From: Moniliella sp. 'wahieum'
Lineage: Eukaryota
Length of the DNA: 64,000 nt
NCBI GenBank assembly: GCA_003971905.1
Contig: RSEE01000057.1
Location: 310,001 to 374,000, forward strand
Reading direction: 5' to 3'
How positions within the stretch are numbered: position 1 is the first letter of the stretch; each line of letters starts with the position of its first letter. Below, piece by piece: positions 61,127-64,000 of this stretch. The notes beneath the pieces are model-generated. The model was not told the origin of the DNA, searched no databases, and worked only from the letters and a program-made list of their open reading frames with translations. Position numbers and translations under genes: made by a program.

Positions 61127-61995
61127 ATGCAGATTCCTGGCCGCATCTTCTACGTTACTGGCGCTGCGAGTGGTCTTGGCGAGGCGGCCGCCCGCGAGCT
61201 GCACGCCAAGGGGGCTCTGGTTCTGCTCTGGACCGCGATGCTGAGCGCACGGCGCAAGTGGCTGCGTCTCTGGGCCCGGCCCGTGCGCGGCCGCTGGCGA
61301 GACGGACGTATTGAATTCCGACCAAATCAACGCTGCCATCGCGCTGGCGGATGCGGCCTGGCCCAATGCGCAGCCAGGCGGAGTGGTGCATGCCGCGGGC
61401 GTTTCGGCGGCGCAAAAGACACTGGACAATGACGGTCAGCCGCACGACTTGGACCTGTTTCAAAAGGTGGTGGAGATCAACTTGGTAGGCTCCTTCAACG
61501 TCGCTCGTCTGGTCGCCGCGCGCATCGTGCGCGACTTGCCCAAACCAGCGGTCAAGGCCACCGGCGAGTCGCGCGGGGTGATTATCCTCGTCTCCTCGGC
61601 AGCTGGCCTGGAGGGCCAAATGGGCCAGGTGGCCTACGGATCGTCCAAAGCCGGGGTTGTGGGGCTGGCGCTGCCCTTGGCGCGGGACCTGGCGTGGTGG
61701 GGGATTCGCACGCTGGCCATCTGCCCAGCCATGTTTTCCACACAGATGAGCGAGCTGATTCCTGAGCGAGGTACGTGGCCCGCCCCTCGCCACTTGGTAC
61801 TTTGATGTGCTTGGTATTGTTGCTAACTCGTTCCTTCCCACAGCCAAGGCCCGGCTGCTGGCCAAGACCGAGTTTCCGCCGCGCATGGGTACGCCAGACG
61901 AGTTTGGGTCGCTATGTACCATGGTGGTTGAGAACGAGATGCTCAATGGCAGCCACATTCGTCTTGATGGCGCTGCTCGTTTGGGGAAACTGTGA
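61127..61995 (+). CDS. Short-chain dehydrogenase, 3-hydroxyacyl-CoA dehydrogenase type 2 (HSD17B10)-like
   Basis: VTGAASGLG, VHAAG, INLVGSFNVARL, RGVIILVSSAAGLEGQMGQVAYGSSKAGV (YxxxK), intron 61771-61842, FPPRMGTPDEF, NEMLNGSHIRLDGAARL. Confidence 0.92.
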
Positions 61996-64000
61996 CGCTT
62001 GAAACTACGCTTTCGCTCTGATCCCCCTACAATCGAACCTTGGTTTCCCCCGGCATCAACCACGTACATCAAGGATAGCTGATGGCCTGATGGTAGGGTT
62101 GGATCGAATGAGGAAGCAGAGGATATGGCACAGAAGGCACAGAAGACAGGCAATAGGATCATGGAGCGGTTAGATTCTATCGATTGAAATGGAAGCTGTT
62201 GGGGGCGTGCGTCGCACTCGGGCCTAAGACTCAACGTCTTCTTTTCCTTGACTTGGTTGGGCGGTGTGCAATCAGGGCAAATTAATGCGTGCCCCAGATT
62301 CGGTGGGTGTGGGGACCACCCCCATGTGCGGTGAGCGTGCGGAGAGAGCGCGCTGTACCATTTGCGCCGGCCCCAACTTGAACCCACGGAACCGGCCATG
62401 GCGACGGAACGACTTGCGGCTAGGCATCTTGGCTGCCACGTCTTGTCAAATAACACCAGGTTGTAGGCCACCGCTCTGTTCGATATGACAGGTCCAGCTT
62501 TTGACCAAGGGCGAAAAGTCAATTCCCCGGGCTAAGAGTGAAGTGAGGAGGGTGCCTTACAGGGGCGGCTGCTTTTTTGGGCCAGCGTCTCGCACGCTTC
62601 AAGGTTGGTTGGTGACATATCTACGGTTCCTGATCCTGCACATGTATACAAGGGGCAACCGTTTTTTTCACACCACTTGACGATACACTTATACCCGTTC
62701 GACCTCGCCTTGCCTCTTGCCCCCCCGAGGCCTCTTTAATTACGATTTGGGAGGGGAGGAGAGGAAGAAGCAAGCAACCTCCTTGCCCCTGCACTCTTGG
62801 CGCGCAACCTCTGACCGGTCGCGCAACAGCCTGCTTTGTGCATCGGCCCTTGGTTGCGAGGGTGCGAGGGGTACGCCTCCCATGGTTCGCCACAGTGGAG
62901 AAGTGGCGGGATGACCCCTGGATCCGCTCCAGTACTACAATCCGGGGCGCTGGACTCTATCGCATCGCCACAGGCGCTGGGAACTACCCCAGCGCTCCGT
63001 CCCAACGAGGATGTGAGGTTACCCCAAACCATCGATTCTCCTCGGTATCAACCAATGGCATAGTCACCATGTCTCCGTGTGCTAGGCAACGAGCACTCCA
63101 ACTACCGATAGCAGAGCAGAGGCAAGTTCCTTGGTGCTGCATCATGGCTGCGTGTGGATGTGGGGAAAAGAGGAGGGGACGGGTGCAATGGTGCACTCGG
63201 TCGCAACGGAGCGAGACAAGCCCCAGGAGCTAGCGAGAGACAACAGGGAGGGGGGCGGCCGGCTTCCGTTTCCGTGTGGGGTGTCTTGCTTTTCCTAGTA
63301 GGCAGATCCGTGTGATCGGAGGAGGATAGGCCGGTCCAGTTTAAGCCTGGGACGGGGAGCGAGGCGAGTTATGTACCTGCGTAACATTTGCAGCGGCTAT
63401 GGCGGGGGAGACGGGAGCAGGGCCTGGTTGTGCCCCGCGGCCAGTCTGGCAAAAGAAAGAGATGAGGGCGCGGCGTGTACGGCGGGGTGCATCATCTTCT
63501 GCAATAGCCACAAAACAGCAAAAAAGGGAAAAAGGCAACGGAAGCGGTCGTGGGGAGAAGAGTACGTTCGTAAGCTGGATTAGGCAAGGGGCCTTTACCC
63601 GGCGGAAAGGCGGGGAGTTGTGAGTGGGTTGCGGCGGCCACACTCGAATAGTTGCCTGAACCAGACGAGAAAAGTGGAGGGTATTAGAGGGGCACAGAAG
63701 GCGGCGACGGAGTCGGGGTCAGATCCGGGGCCAGAGAGGCCCGGCATAGGACACCCAGGAGAAGGTTCGTAAAAGACGAATAGGTTAGCCGTGTCGCGTG
63801 GTGAGCGGTGATGGGCAGGACGCAGCCGGTCTTAAAATGGGGGAGGGACAACCCCCCGGAGGGGCAACCATGCATCAGGACACCAAAAGTTGAAGTACAT
63901 TGGTGCCCGGTTTCAGGAAGCCAAAAATGGATTGTCCCTCCCATCCATATGTCCGACGCTGTCCTTGGCCTTCATGCAGGTGCAAGGGGGGGTGGGTCAG

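Noticed and set aside
62030..62050. tRNA T-loop-like GGTTCGATT on the minus strand
   Set aside because: No pairing T-stem or cloverleaf around it.
63684..64000. Possible gene end at the right edge (86-aa minus-strand ORF)
   Set aside because: No recognisable motif; cannot be supported from this window.
1..64000. CRISPR array, rRNA or prokaryotic operon features
   Set aside because: Eukaryotic intron-containing genes throughout; no repeat-spacer array or rRNA sequence seen.

Overview
This is eukaryotic, GC-rich fungal genomic DNA, almost certainly a basidiomycete and probably Ustilaginomycotina-like (inferred from the single-chain ATP-citrate lyase and short GT..AG introns with GTACGT/GTGCGT donors and CTAAC/CTGAC branch points). 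The window is gene-dense housekeeping territory. In order it holds NPR2, LYS1, mitochondrial L34, a Ser/Thr kinase, ATP-citrate lyase, siroheme synthase, an Nst1-like protein, a B-type cyclin, a Tom6-like protein, GPI8, RNA15/CstF64, prefoldin 1, an NCBP3-like protein, an oxysterol-binding protein, an NAD(P)-binding Rossmann protein, an intron-containing tRNA-Gly(GCC), an Nrg1-like C2H2 factor, a DUF3292 protein, a histidine acid phosphatase/phytase, PMT2, ARF6, nitrate reductase and an HSD10-like SDR. Nearly every gene is broken by small indels, best explained by an unpolished long-read consensus, so CDS ends are approximate. No transposon, CRISPR array or rRNA was recognised. The most intriguing unexplained signal is a box C/D snoRNA-like element with an 8-bp terminal stem lying 18 nt upstream of the tRNA-Gly, a possible snoRNA-tRNA dicistronic unit. 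Others are a ~2.5 kb low-GC gene-free island with a structured, GATA-rich left flank, a Gpi8 with no C-terminal membrane anchor, and a nitrate reductase with no nitrite reductase or transporter beside it. All family calls come from recognising motifs by eye; no searches were run.
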